Origin: Nanobdellota archaeon
GTDB lineage: Archaea > Nanobdellota > Nanobdellia > Woesearchaeales > GCA-2686295
Direction: 5' to 3'
DNA length: 64,000 nucleotides
NCBI GenBank assembly: GCA_018819065.1
Contig: JAHJQL010000017.1
Location: 35,952-99,951, forward strand
Shown: one piece after another, positions 18,564 to 29,500 of the stretch
Position numbering within the stretch: the first letter of the stretch is position 1
Layout: every line of letters begins with the position of its first letter
The notes under the pieces: model-generated
What the model saw: only the letters and a program-made list of their open reading frames with translations
Databases searched by the model: none
Told to the model about the DNA's origin: nothing
Made by a program: the position numbers and the translations under genes

Positions 18564-19753
18564 GAAGAAATGAGCCACTCAATCTCATCTGAACTCAAGT
18601 CTAATAATTTACTTAATTTTTCTGAATCTTTTTTAAAATAAACCTTCAAATAAGAAACATTTTCTCTTGCTCTCTTGACACTTGTGTGTGTCTTTGCAGC
18701 AAGTTTTCTTGCAATAGCAATCTTTTTTGCGTTCTTCTGATTAGCCATCCACATTCTAAGAATTCTCGTAGTTGGCTTAAGAGCGATAAATCCTGGATAC
18801 TTCTCTTTTTTTGAAAGAGCGATTCCTGCAGATAACAAGTTGTAGCAGTAAACGTAGAAACGATAGTATTGCCAACGCCTAATTCTTCCTTTAAAGACAT
18901 CTGCAAGAGCTAAATTTGAGAATGCTTCAGCCAAGTCCTCAACTTTAGTGTATTCTTTAGGAAGATTTTCTTCCACCCAAAAAAATATTTGGTCAAGATC
19001 TTCTTGAACATCATTAAACGCGTTTATTGCAACACTTGCATCTAACGTCTTAAAAACTCTCACTAACGCATTAGTTATCTTCTCTGTATGATCTCGTCCG
19101 TACGCAAGTTCCAAATCACTATTTGTCAACTTACCATTATATGAAAAACTTTGAAGATCGTTTATTGCAGCCCTCAAATCCCCACCCGCAGATCTTGCCA
19201 GGGATGTTAGGGCATCTTCATCAGCAGCAATTCCTTCTTTTAAACATATCATCTTAAGATAGCTTAAAATAGATGTGTAAAGCAAAGGGTGATACTCTAG
19301 CAATTCGCATTTCTTTTTAAGAGAAGAAATTGATTTAGTATAAGGATCGTTTGCAATGATAACAATAGGAAACGTGCTTTTGTCAATAAGAGTGTTTATC
19401 GCGGCAACGCCGCCTCTATCTTCTCTGCCTGCAACACCATCAATCTCATCTATGAGTATAAGCTTCTTCTTTTGAAATAGCGAAGCTTGGTTTATGGCTG
19501 CTCCAACCAGCGAATTTATGCTTTCAGCGTTTCGAAGGTTAGAAGCGTTTAATTCTATAAGCTCAAAATCTTTCTCAAAAGCTAAGGCGTACACTGAAGA
19601 AGTCTTACCAACACCTTGAGGGCCGTATATTAAGAGTGGTTTAACGCCTCTCTTGTAATTATTAACGTATGATTTCAATCTTTTTATGGCTGTATCTTGT
19701 CCTTGTACTTCAGAAAGACTCTTAGGAGTATACTTATTAATCCAAACACTCAT
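18560..19753 (-). CDS. rfcL: replication factor C large subunit (clamp loader AAA+ ATPase)
   Basis: N-terminal W.NKYTPKSLSEV.GQ, Walker A GPQGVGKTS, ELNASN, and a Walker B LILIDEID. The 397-aa size fits the archaeal RFC large subunit. Confidence 0.8.
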   Translation of the reverse strand: MSVWINKYTPKSLSEVQGQDTAIKRLKSYVNNYKRGVKPLLIYGPQGVGKTSSVYALAFEKDFELIELNASNLRNAESINSLVGAAINQASLFQKKKLILIDEIDGVAGREDRGGVAAINTLIDKSTFPIVIIANDPYTKSISSLKKKCELLEYHPLLYTSILSYLKMICLKEGIAADEDALTSLARSAGGDLRAAINDLQSFSYNGKLTNSDLELAYGRDHTEKITNALVRVFKTLDASVAINAFNDVQEDLDQIFFWVEENLPKEYTKVEDLAEAFSNLALADVFKGRIRRWQYYRFYVYCYNLLSAGIALSKKEKYPGFIALKPTTRILRMWMANQKNAKKIAIARKLAAKTHTSVKRARENVSYLKVYFKKDSEKLSKLLDLSSDEIEWLISS

Positions 19754-20003
19754 ATTTAGAAAGGAAGGAAAACCTTTTTTAAAAGCTTTCTACTTAATAG
19801 ATATACAATCTTCTTTTACCTTGCACTTAGTACACGCGACGTGGACAAGGTCTGAAGAACTAACCTCTAAGTCGTTATCCACGATGTACTTATGCAGTTT
19901 TTTTATGTGAGAACAGACCATAAATACTATTAAAGAAATTGTATTTAAAAATCATACGGTTGCCGGGACTTTCATCAGTGAATACTCTTAGCCGCTATGT
20001 TTA

Positions 20004-20414
20004 ATGAATAATTGTAAATTGTTTATAAAATTTTATAAACAACAATTTAATCTCAACAAGTACAAAGCAAAACTATTTTCAACTCAAATGCTAAAAATAA
20101 TGGATGTAATATGGATGTATGAAGAAGGAATGACTGCAAAAGTTATTTCAAGGCTCAAAAACCCTGATCAGAAAGGAGAGTATAGGCCTGATAAAGATGA
20201 GATAGTCATTGCTGCTGATAATATCAAATCTGAAGATGATTTTAACATAACACTGGTGCATGAGTTGATACATGCTAGGAATGATTTGTTATATTCAAAA
20301 AAAGAGCTAGAAAATGAGGTTGAAAAAGAAGCTTTGAAAACTTATAATTTAAATCCAGGAGTTGCTTTATTTGCAAGACAAATATATAAGATTGATTATA
20401 ATGGAAAAAATTAG
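20004..20414 (+). CDS. hypothetical protein with HExxH motif (LVHELIHARND)
   Basis: 136-aa ORF, possibly a small zincin-like protein. It lies upstream of the YchF-like GTPase. Confidence 0.45.
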   Translation: MNNCKLFIKFYKQQFNLNKYKAKLFSTQMLKIMDVIWMYEEGMTAKVISRLKNPDQKGEYRPDKDEIVIAADNIKSEDDFNITLVHELIHARNDLLYSKKELENEVEKEALKTYNLNPGVALFARQIYKIDYNGKN

Positions 20415-20498
20415 AATCATTCACAAGAGACTGTTTTTTTAGATAAATTTTATAAACGATGAATTATTTTTTACAACAAAGAATTTTTAGAGGATAAA

Positions 20499-21695
20499 AT
20501 GCTTGTTGGTGTTGTTGGAAAGGCAAATGTTGGAAAAAGCACTTTTTTTAAGGCTTTAACGCTTGCAGAAGTTGAAATCGCTAATTATCCTTTCGCAACT
20601 ATAAAGCCTAATCATGGCGTTGGGTTTGTAAAGATTGAGTGTGTGGATAAGGATTTTGGCGTTCAATGCAATCCACGAGAGGGATTTTGTATTAAACACA
20701 ACCGATTCGTACCTGTAAATGTTATCGACGTTGCAGGTCTCGTCCCTGGAGCTCATGAAGGAAAAGGCATGGGTAATCAGTTCTTAAACGATTTAAACCA
20801 AGCAGATGCATTAATTCACGTTATAGACTGCTCTGGAAGCACAAATGAAAAAGGAGAACCTATTGCTGCAGGCACTTATGATCCTGCAAATGACATAAAA
20901 TTTCTTGAAGAAGAGCTTGACTACTGGTATATAGACATCTTAAAGAAGGTTTGGGATAAGTTTTCAAAGGCAGTTACTCAGACTCAAACAGATGTTGATA
21001 AGTCACTTCATAAGCAGTTTTCAGGGCTTGGAAGCAGTGAAGAGATGATTAAAGACATGCTAAAACAGTTGTCATTATCTGAAAAAAAGCTTAAAGATTG
21101 GAGTGAAGATGAATTATCATCATTTGCAAAAGCTCTTAGAAAAAGAACAAAACCAATGGTTATTGCAGCAAATAAGATAGACACAACTTCTGCTCAGGAG
21201 AACTATAAGCGCCTGAGAGAGCAGTTTTCACACCTAACAATAATTCCTTGCTCTGCAGAGTCAGAATTAGCCTTAAAAGAGGCTGCAAAACACAAGCTAA
21301 TAGAGTACCTCCCAGGTGAGAAAGACTTTAAAATAATTGGAAGTCCCAACGACAAGCAAACAAAAGGATTGGAGTTTATCAAAAACAATGTTTTAGAGCG
21401 ATTTGTAGAAGGAACGGGTGTTCAACAAGTATTAAACAATGTGGTGTTTGAATTGTTAAAAAGAATTGCTATATTTCCAGGTGGAATCAACAAGCTAGAA
21501 GATCAACACGGAAATGTGCTGCCCGACTGCTTTTTACTACCTGAAAAATCAACGGCCTTAGACTTCGCTTATAGAATACACACAGACCTTGGAAATGGGT
21601 TTATTAGAGCAATTGATGTTAAAACAAAGAGGACGGTTGGGAAAGAACACTTGTTAAAACATTTAGATGTTGTAGAAATAATAAGTAGTAAATAA
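20499..21695 (+). CDS. YchF/OLA1-like Obg-family GTPase with C-terminal TGS domain
   Basis: G1 GVVGKANVGKSTFF and ANYPFATIKPNHGV (YchF-like), then G3 DVAGLV, and a C-terminal TGS-like region ...DFAYRIHTDLGNGFIRAIDVKTKRTVGKEH. Confidence 0.75.
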   Translation: MLVGVVGKANVGKSTFFKALTLAEVEIANYPFATIKPNHGVGFVKIECVDKDFGVQCNPREGFCIKHNRFVPVNVIDVAGLVPGAHEGKGMGNQFLNDLNQADALIHVIDCSGSTNEKGEPIAAGTYDPANDIKFLEEELDYWYIDILKKVWDKFSKAVTQTQTDVDKSLHKQFSGLGSSEEMIKDMLKQLSLSEKKLKDWSEDELSSFAKALRKRTKPMVIAANKIDTTSAQENYKRLREQFSHLTIIPCSAESELALKEAAKHKLIEYLPGEKDFKIIGSPNDKQTKGLEFIKNNVLERFVEGTGVQQVLNNVVFELLKRIAIFPGGINKLEDQHGNVLPDCFLLPEKSTALDFAYRIHTDLGNGFIRAIDVKTKRTVGKEHLLKHLDVVEIISSK

Positions 21696-21702
21696 AAAAA
21701 AA

Positions 21703-22314
21703 TTATTTCTTCTCTTTTATAAGACCATATTTTAGAAGTATATCCTTATATTTTTGAAAGTCTTCTGACTCTTTAAAGAGCTTTTTATTCTTATCCGAGA
21801 GCTTCTCAAGCCAAGAATGTGTTATTCTTAGAACTTCTTTTACATCCTCATCCATGGCTGAAACTAAAGGTTTCTTCTCAAGTGCAGCCTCTAACTCATC
21901 ATCAAACTCAGCTCCATGACCGCTTTTGAATATGTTGAGCTTATTAAAGAAAACAGCCAACAAACCAGCTTTTTTCTCCTCAACAGCTTCTTCCATTTCT
22001 TCTAATGCAGCTTCCTCGTCTTCAAGTGCTTCTATATCTCCTTCAAGCTCTTCAAACTTCTTTTTTTCTTCAGGCGTCAAATCATCATCACTCTCCACAG
22101 CGTATCTTCTTTTCCATCTAAAAAGCTTCCTTAAAAAGGAAGGCTCTTTATACTCTACATGAATCTTACTTTGTGAGAACTTAGGAACTTTTTCATTAGA
22201 AGGTTGCTTAATAAATGGAAGTCTGTCCATAAAACTCTTATAGTTCCTCTTCTTTAAATCTCCAATATAACGATCTAAGTCTTGATTAAAATCTTTCTGA
22301 GTAATAATTACCAC
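21703..22314 (-). CDS. acidic hypothetical protein
   Basis: 203 aa rich in Glu/Asp/Lys (EELEGDIEALEDEEAALEEMEEAVEEKK). Confidence 0.5.
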   Translation of the reverse strand: MVIITQKDFNQDLDRYIGDLKKRNYKSFMDRLPFIKQPSNEKVPKFSQSKIHVEYKEPSFLRKLFRWKRRYAVESDDDLTPEEKKKFEELEGDIEALEDEEAALEEMEEAVEEKKAGLLAVFFNKLNIFKSGHGAEFDDELEAALEKKPLVSAMDEDVKEVLRITHSWLEKLSDKNKKLFKESEDFQKYKDILLKYGLIKEKK

Positions 22315-22400
22315 CCTTTTAAAATATTATGCTAAGCCGATATGAAGTGAAACAGTATATAAATTTTTTTGTTATAAAAAAAATGAGGTTAAAAAAAAGG

Positions 22401-22559
22401 TGGGGACGGAGGGATTTGAACCCTCATCTGACGGTATCTCCACGAATGGACTCCTTTAAATCATCGGCGAAGCCTCATCGCTCCAAGTACTGGAGCCGAC
22501 CATTCTAGCCAGGATGTACCCATTTTTGTACTAAACAAAAAGGTTTATACTACGCCCCC
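22401..22559 (-). tRNA. tRNA-like gene, probably intron-rich (identity unresolved)
   Basis: On the minus strand the 3' end is a canonical T-arm and acceptor: GAGGG TTCAAAT CCCTC CGTCCCC A, then CC plus oligo-T. 159 nt upstream, GGGGGCG-UA pairs 7/7 with CGTCCCC (one G-U) and carries U8/A9. A TATA-like TTTAAATATAAAAAC lies ~27 nt upstream of that G. Between them there are ~85 extra nt, and I could not fold a unique D/anticodon arm by hand. Confidence 0.4.
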
Positions 22560-22575
22560 AACTAACAATACAGAA

Positions 22576-22600
22576 AAAGTTTTTATATTTAAAGTTAACT
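22576..22600 (-). promoter_or_regulatory. archaeal TATA/BRE-like box upstream of the tRNA-like gene
   Basis: The minus-strand TTTAAATATAAAAAC is centred ~27 nt upstream of the putative tRNA 5' end. Confidence 0.45.
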
Positions 22601-25084
22601 TCTTTTTTTCCTTGCAACTGCTCTTCGCTCGTTAAAATCCATTCTTATTCGTTTATAACCAATTATCGCAACGAAGATGAATGCTATGAACACTAAGAAC
22701 CAATTAGCATAGAAGCAAAGCTTATCATAAGCCTGAGAAAGTGTAAACTTATCCCTTCTTACAACTTCAAGAGTTATTCTTGGGCTTAGAGTGAACGCGT
22801 CGTGGTTGTCTACTGCCAGAAAAGAGACATTAGTCACGCCGTACCATCCTTGTTTTGGCATGAATACCACTTTATCTATTGTTATATCTACATTTACAAA
22901 TTCGCTTGAGTCTATGAGTGACAAGTTAACTTTGTCTCCTGCATCAGGGTCAGAAACAAAGGATGATTTTTCAACCTTGAAAGCTTTATCCTGAGCCCAG
23001 ATATAATGAGTTGAACTAGCTTTTGAATAATCTATTAATGGATTTAGAACTGGTGGGCCTATGAAGAAGTAAACTATCCAAAGCAAGATTCCTAGTATTA
23101 CTAAAAGCAACACTAAGAACAAGATGAATTTTCTCTTATTAAGCCAACCCTTCTTCTTCACAAACTTAGCAACAATTGCTAATATTATGATTGCAAATAT
23201 TAATAGTACAGTTACGAATCGGCATGGTTTTTGCGAGAAGTAAAGATATAGCTTGACATAAACAGGCTTGTCTTTGAGACTGACAATTATATTGTTTTTA
23301 TATTCAAAATCGTTGTCAGACTTTATTGTTAGGTCAAGAGTATAATCTCCAAATGGAGTTTTATCAGTGTGATTTGATAATAGTAGGATTTCTTTTGTCT
23401 CTCCTGGGTTAAGCGATAAGGTTTTTTCACTTAGTTTTATCCAGAAATCTTTTGGCTGAAGGGATAAAGAGTATTTTCCAGATTCAAGTCCTTCGTTAGT
23501 TATCTTTATTACTGCTGAGTTTTCTGTATCTCTTCTGATAGAATAAGAGGTTTTTGCTATGCTTGCTTTGTAGCAGCTCCATTGAGACAAAACAACTATG
23601 TTCTTAACCTCGTCTGATGCCTTGACACCATTTTTTAGGACTGCTTCTACCAACAATCCATAAGTTGCATCTTTATCAGGTGGATTTAAAGTAAGCACAA
23701 CATCTTTATCTTCGCCAGGCTCTAAAATTATAGAGTCAGTATCTAACTCAGCGATGGCTGGGTAAGCTTTTAAAGATATCTTTTCTTCATATAACCCCTC
23801 ATTTTTTACATTTACAACTAACTCTTTTTCTGAAGCGCAGAATCTTAAATTCTTATCAACAATAGTTATCTTTGGCTTATAACAATCAATTATATCTAAT
23901 ATAACAGTTTTTTCATTTGATATATTTCCATACCAACTTGTGGATTTGAGAGTGAAGGTATAATAACCAACTTTTACCTGTTTCAAAATAAAATTTATAT
24001 TCTCAGATTTGCTCTCATCCGAACCAAGGCTTACTTGATTAGAGGATAGTTTTACAAAAGAAGGTGCACCTATTAACTCTAAATAATACTTGTTTGGAGT
24101 ATCAACATCATTTTCAATATCAAATTCTATTGGTGCGTATTCTTCCTCACAAACTTCATGATAGTCATCAATGTCTAATGAATAATCATAAAGCTTGTTT
24201 ATGACTAGATCATGTTTGATTTCTGTTTTTAAGCGGTTATTCTCGGCCACAACTGAAAAAATGTTAGGTGTTACTCCAAAAACCGCACAAGAAGGTGTAA
24301 AGGTTGATTTGATGATTCCTTCTTCACCAGGATTTAAAAGAATTGTTTGTGAAGATAAAGTCATGTAAGGCTTATTGGTTATTGGTGTTGCTGTGTATTG
24401 TTCAGAAAATAATCCCGAGTTTTTTATCAATAATTCGTACTCTACAGATTTGCAAGGATCAATATCATCTTTGCTTGCTTTAAGTTTTACATCTAAATTT
24501 TGACATTGAGAAACTACTAATTTCTTTGTTAAAGTAGCTTCTCCATCACCAAGCAGCTTAACAGTTATCTTTAGCGTCTTATCTAAGATGTTGCAAGGAG
24601 CATTTATCTGCAGCAAGACTTCTTGAATTGCTCCGCTTTCTAATTCAAAATAAGAAGGGTTTATGCTTACAAAATCAAGGTTGGATGATAAGCTGTAAGC
24701 GACTTTCTTGTTTTCAGTATTTCTTATTTTTATTGAATCGTTAAGTTTTGAGCATGAACAAACCTTTAAATTAGCATCACCTGTGGCTGCTCCAAACTTC
24801 AAAGGAATTATTGGTGGCTTAGTAGTAATTGTCGGAGTGACTATGGTTGTAGGTGGTGTCTGTTTTGGAACATAAATAATGGTCTGTTGAGAAGGCGAAT
24901 CTGGTATGCTGACAAGATAAACTTCAAAAATTGTTTTTTCATACGGTGGCTGCACAGAGGTCACTGTTTGGTTAACCACTTCTGTATTGATTAGATTAAC
25001 TTCAAAAATCTCTGCACTTGCAAAACTAACTATGAATAGAATTGTTAAAAGAACAACTGAAAACTGTAATTGGTTTTTGTTCAT
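22595..25084 (-). CDS. large cell-surface protein (S-layer/adhesin-like) with signal peptide and membrane-spanning segments
   Basis: N-terminal signal peptide (MNKNQLQFSVVLLTILFIVSFASA), long beta-rich Thr/Ser/Asn-rich ectodomain, two internal TM helices and a C-terminal TM helix. Confidence 0.6.
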   Translation of the reverse strand: MNKNQLQFSVVLLTILFIVSFASAEIFEVNLINTEVVNQTVTSVQPPYEKTIFEVYLVSIPDSPSQQTIIYVPKQTPPTTIVTPTITTKPPIIPLKFGAATGDANLKVCSCSKLNDSIKIRNTENKKVAYSLSSNLDFVSINPSYFELESGAIQEVLLQINAPCNILDKTLKITVKLLGDGEATLTKKLVVSQCQNLDVKLKASKDDIDPCKSVEYELLIKNSGLFSEQYTATPITNKPYMTLSSQTILLNPGEEGIIKSTFTPSCAVFGVTPNIFSVVAENNRLKTEIKHDLVINKLYDYSLDIDDYHEVCEEEYAPIEFDIENDVDTPNKYYLELIGAPSFVKLSSNQVSLGSDESKSENINFILKQVKVGYYTFTLKSTSWYGNISNEKTVILDIIDCYKPKITIVDKNLRFCASEKELVVNVKNEGLYEEKISLKAYPAIAELDTDSIILEPGEDKDVVLTLNPPDKDATYGLLVEAVLKNGVKASDEVKNIVVLSQWSCYKASIAKTSYSIRRDTENSAVIKITNEGLESGKYSLSLQPKDFWIKLSEKTLSLNPGETKEILLLSNHTDKTPFGDYTLDLTIKSDNDFEYKNNIIVSLKDKPVYVKLYLYFSQKPCRFVTVLLIFAIIILAIVAKFVKKKGWLNKRKFILFLVLLLVILGILLWIVYFFIGPPVLNPLIDYSKASSTHYIWAQDKAFKVEKSSFVSDPDAGDKVNLSLIDSSEFVNVDITIDKVVFMPKQGWYGVTNVSFLAVDNHDAFTLSPRITLEVVRRDKFTLSQAYDKLCFYANWFLVFIAFIFVAIIGYKRIRMDFNERRAVARKKRS

Positions 25085-25114
25085 CGTACATGTTCTTTTG
25101 AAAAATTAAAAAAA

Positions 25115-26413
25115 TTAGTAATAGGTCTGTGTCTCCGTGTCATCATCCACGCCGCCGTTGTTCTTTCTAAGCTTGTTAAAGCCTATGATTAAGCCGACGA
25201 TTATTAGGATTATTACAAGGACAATCAGTGCTATTTCTAATCCTTTTTTCAAATCACTAGAAGATGACTTTTTTTCATCATCAGTGATTTTCACTGTTAG
25301 TGGAACTACTTTTGAGTCTTTGTCTGTTGAGACCGTCACCAAAAACATTCTTTCACCGCTAACATCTTCATTTGGAGTTATTAAAACTTCAACAGTCTTT
25401 GTCTCTCCGCCTTTTAACACTATTTGTGATCCTGGTGAAAGCATGCTTGTTCCCCAAGAGCTAACTCCTGAAACTGTCAGTGTGTATATCTTTGTTGTTG
25501 TTCCAAAGTTTGTTATGCCCATTGGGAATGAAACTTGTGAACCTTCTTTCACCTCTAGTTTTTCTGGAGCAACAATAGTTGTTTTTGATTCAGACACAGA
25601 TGATGGTGTTGTTGCTGTGCATGTGTCTCCTGGAACAACTGTTAGGTCTGTTGTTTTTGATGTTGATTCATATTCATCAAATTCAACTGTTATCTCTACT
25701 TTGTAAACTCCTGGAGCTGCGCAGTCTGGAATTCTAAGCAAGAATTCTTCTAATGTTTCTTTCTCATCTGCTTCTAACTCGTCAAGGTACTGGTAATCCA
25801 TTATGTTTAGTGCTGGAACTGCAACTTGAACTTTTACATCGTCTAAGTCTGTGTCACCAATGTTTTCAACTTTAACTGTTGCAGTAAATGCTCTTCCAGC
25901 ATTTATTACTGATGATGGACTAAATGAAAAATCTTTTATTATAACTGCATCTTCAGGATCAGTTCCTTCGACGTGTAGTTGATACATCTTTTCGAATGAT
26001 AAGCCATCTTCGTCACCAACTCTCACTCTTAGAATTGTATATTTCTTTTCCATTTTTGTTGGCACTTGAAGTGATAATGTAATTGTGTCTATGTCTCCTT
26101 GTGACATGTCAAATGTTCTTGAAGTTGCTGAGACAAGATTTTCTTCTTTATTAGCATATCTGTAACCATAAATGTCTGCTTCAACTTGAACATTTGAAAG
26201 GTTGTCGAGTGCTTGGACTCTGACTTTCAAATCAAGGTCTTGACCCCTTCTTACTTTCAAGTTGTCTGTGTGTGTTCCAACTTGAGAGCTGTTCATGCTG
26301 TCCATTTCTTCGCCGTTAATCTTTAAGTATAAAACATCTAGATTTATTGCAGCAGCGAAATTCGCAGTTAGTAAAACCGCAATCATTAAAATAAACACTT
26401 TTCCTAAATTCAT
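25115..26413 (-). CDS. cell-surface protein with CARDB/S-layer-like beta domains and C-terminal TM anchor
   Basis: ATG at 26413 gives an MNLGKVFILMIAVLLTANFAAA signal peptide. It has CARDB-like segments (VKVENIGDTDLDDVKVQVAVP), a Thr/Ser-rich stalk, a C-terminal TM IALIVLVIILIIVGLIIGF, and a basic tail. Confidence 0.6.
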   Translation of the reverse strand: MNLGKVFILMIAVLLTANFAAAINLDVLYLKINGEEMDSMNSSQVGTHTDNLKVRRGQDLDLKVRVQALDNLSNVQVEADIYGYRYANKEENLVSATSRTFDMSQGDIDTITLSLQVPTKMEKKYTILRVRVGDEDGLSFEKMYQLHVEGTDPEDAVIIKDFSFSPSSVINAGRAFTATVKVENIGDTDLDDVKVQVAVPALNIMDYQYLDELEADEKETLEEFLLRIPDCAAPGVYKVEITVEFDEYESTSKTTDLTVVPGDTCTATTPSSVSESKTTIVAPEKLEVKEGSQVSFPMGITNFGTTTKIYTLTVSGVSSWGTSMLSPGSQIVLKGGETKTVEVLITPNEDVSGERMFLVTVSTDKDSKVVPLTVKITDDEKKSSSSDLKKGLEIALIVLVIILIIVGLIIGFNKLRKNNGGVDDDTETQTYY

Positions 26414-26567
26414 TTTTACGTACCCCCTAATTTGGTTTCTTTTTTTCTTAATGTAAAAGAAAGTTCCTCGTCGAAACCCCCTATACAAACACGAAATTAA
26501 ACAAATATATAAAGCTTTCGTTTATTTCTTCATTCATCAGTGAAAACTTTTTGTTTTTATTTTCTAG

Positions 26568-29500
26568 TTAAATTATTCTTACAGGTATCTGCTTCTCCCT
26601 TCTCAAATCATCATTGCCAGTGTAAACACTAAAATAGTAATCTCCTGACTTAATGTTATTAGGTATATAAACGTATGATTTCACGCGCGTTCTCTTTTTA
26701 GCGTGAATATCAACAACACTTAATTGCTCCTTAAGTCCATACTCAGGAATCATAACACCAACTGCGATATCACTGACTTTTTTGTCAAAAGTGTTTTCTA
26801 AAGTGATTGCAACTAATGCATATTCTCCTTTTCTAACTGTGTTATAGTCATACCCATATATTGTGACATCAACTATCTTTACAGCATCACTATCCTCAAG
26901 GCCACTAACAATGGAAAACTCTCTTATATCAGTTGGGCTTTCACAACCAGGATCATCCGGGTAATCAGTTAAACCATCACCATCATTATCAACTCCATCA
27001 GAGCACTGATAATTCACAAATTCAATTACTCTTATCCTAAACAAAGCCGAAGCAGAGAATGTTCCATCAAATACAGACACGTAAAACCAGTGCTGTCCAA
27101 ACTGATCCTGGGTTGGTGTGAAACGTATAACTCCAGAAGTTGAGTTTATATTAAATAAACCAGTATCATCGCTGAAAGTTAAAGGGTCATTATTACTATC
27201 TGAAGCTTGGACTTGGTAAACGAACTCTCTTCCTATATAAGCCACTAAGTCCGCACCTAAAATTGTAGGTGGCATTGAAATTAAGTAAACAGTTAAAGTG
27301 AATGGATCACTAACAGATACTACACCATCAGAGCAACTAATAGTTATAGTGTGAGCACCACCATCTGAAACTGTTGGTGTAAAACTTATCAGTCCGGATG
27401 TTGGATTAATATTAAATAAGTTAGTGTTGTCTGAGTAAGTTATTGGGTCGCCATCAACATCACTGCAAACTACTTGGTAAGTGAAAGTTGAGTTTTCTGT
27501 AGCGTTCATGTCAGGGATTAGCTGCATAATTGGTGCGTCATTAACTGGATTAACAGTTATAGCAAACGTATTGTCTGCAGTTCCGCCATTACCATCACTA
27601 ACCCTAACAGAGCAACTAGCAACACCATTCCAATTCAAAACAGAATGTAACTTAAGAGTGTTACCAACAACCTCACAGTTAACCTGAGCAGTGTTCTCAT
27701 TAACAACAGAGAAACTCAAAACATCACCATCAGCATCAAAAACCAAAGCACTCAAATCAACAACATGAGTAAAAACACCAAAATCCTCATCCAAAGTCAC
27801 ACTTGGGATGCTGCTAGTCCAGACAGGATTATCATTCTGAGAAACAACAGAGAAAACAGCAGAGTCACTATCAGACAAACTACCAGGATCAGATGCAGTA
27901 AAAGTTATAGTCTCAAAACCAAACCAATTAGCATTTGGAACACTAATAGTAGCAACACGAGAAGGACTAATTGAAACAATCAAATCAGTATTACCAACAT
28001 AAGTCCAAGTCATTTCAGAATCAAGATTATCAACATCAGAAACATAATTATCAAGATTTATAGTTGTAAAGGTTTGACCCTCATTAACAGTCTGATCAGG
28101 AATATCAGAAACAACAGGTGCGTCGTTTACTGGATTAACAGTTATAGCAAACGTATTGTCTGCAGTTCCGCCATTACCATCACTAACCCTAACAGAGCAA
28201 CTAGCAACGCCATTCCAATTCAAAACAGAATAAAGCTTAAGAACGCTTCCAACAACCTCACAGTTAACCTGAGCAGTGTTCTCATTAACAACAGAGAAAC
28301 TCAAAACATCACCATCAGCATCAAAAACCAAAGCACTCAAATCAACAACGTGAGTAAAAACCGGGAAATCCTCATCCAAAGTCACACTTGGGATGTTACT
28401 CGTCCAAACAGGATTATCATTCTGAGAAACAACAGAGAAAACAGCAGAGTCACTATCAAACAAACCAGCAGGCGTAACATCAGTTGCAGTGAATGTTATT
28501 GTTTCTGCACCATTCCAATTATTGCTTGGGGGAGTAATGGTTACAACGTTTTGAGAGTTAACATTAACTGTCAAATCAGTGTTTCCTGAGTAAGTCCAAA
28601 CAATAGCATCACCATCAACTTCAATTAAGTAAGTATCTAAATCAAATGATGAGAATGATTGACCCTCATTAATAGTTTGATTAGGAATGTCCAAAACAAC
28701 AGGTGCATCATCAACAGGGTTGATTGTTATAGAAACTAATGCGTTGTTGCTGCTTGAGAATTGGTCTGAACATTTGTAAGTGAAACTATCAGCTCCAAAG
28801 TAATTAAGAGCAGAAGTATATATAACAGTATTGCCAACAACAGAACCTAATGATCCATGAGACGGACTTGACACAATTGAGTAAGTCAGATTATCCCCGT
28901 CAACATCAGAACAATTAAAAGTCACTTGTTTAGAAACATCTTCATTAGTTACAGCAAGTAAAGGATAAGCAACAGGTGCATCATCAACAGGATTAACTGT
29001 TATACTAACGGTGGCGACGTTACTGTAATTAAGTCCGTCAAACGCTTTGAAAGTAAATGAATCTGCTCCGTTGTAATTCTGGTTTGGAGTGTAAGTAACG
29101 TTGTTTCCCAAAAGAGTCAAAAGCACTCCATGAGTTGGCTGTGTTACTATACTATATGTTAATAGGTCATTATCTGCATCTGTTGCAACTAAAGTTATTA
29201 GTTTAGAATTGTCTTCATTTAATGAAACTGCTTGATTATAAGCAACTGGTGCGTGGTTTACTACGACTGCAGGTGTAACAACTATTGTTTTTAATGTTAG
29301 TTCCATGTCATTATCATCATCAATTACTCTAAGAGTTGTCGCGTAAGTTCCACTCTGGTTGAAAGTATATGTGGTATTTTGCGAATAGCTATCAATTGTT
29401 CCGTCACTTAAGAAGTCCCACTGGTACCTAAAAGGAGGATTTCCTTTTGTCACATTACCCCTAAACGAAACTGTCAGTGGTGCTGGTCCTGAAGCTGGAT

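Noticed and set aside
19963-19974. 12-nt exact match (ccgggactttca) to the tRNA-Phe intron/3'-exon junction
   Set aside because: No surrounding tRNA-like structure, and a single 12-mer match is within chance expectation over a 200-nt query in 64 kb. It is not treated as an att or tRNA remnant.
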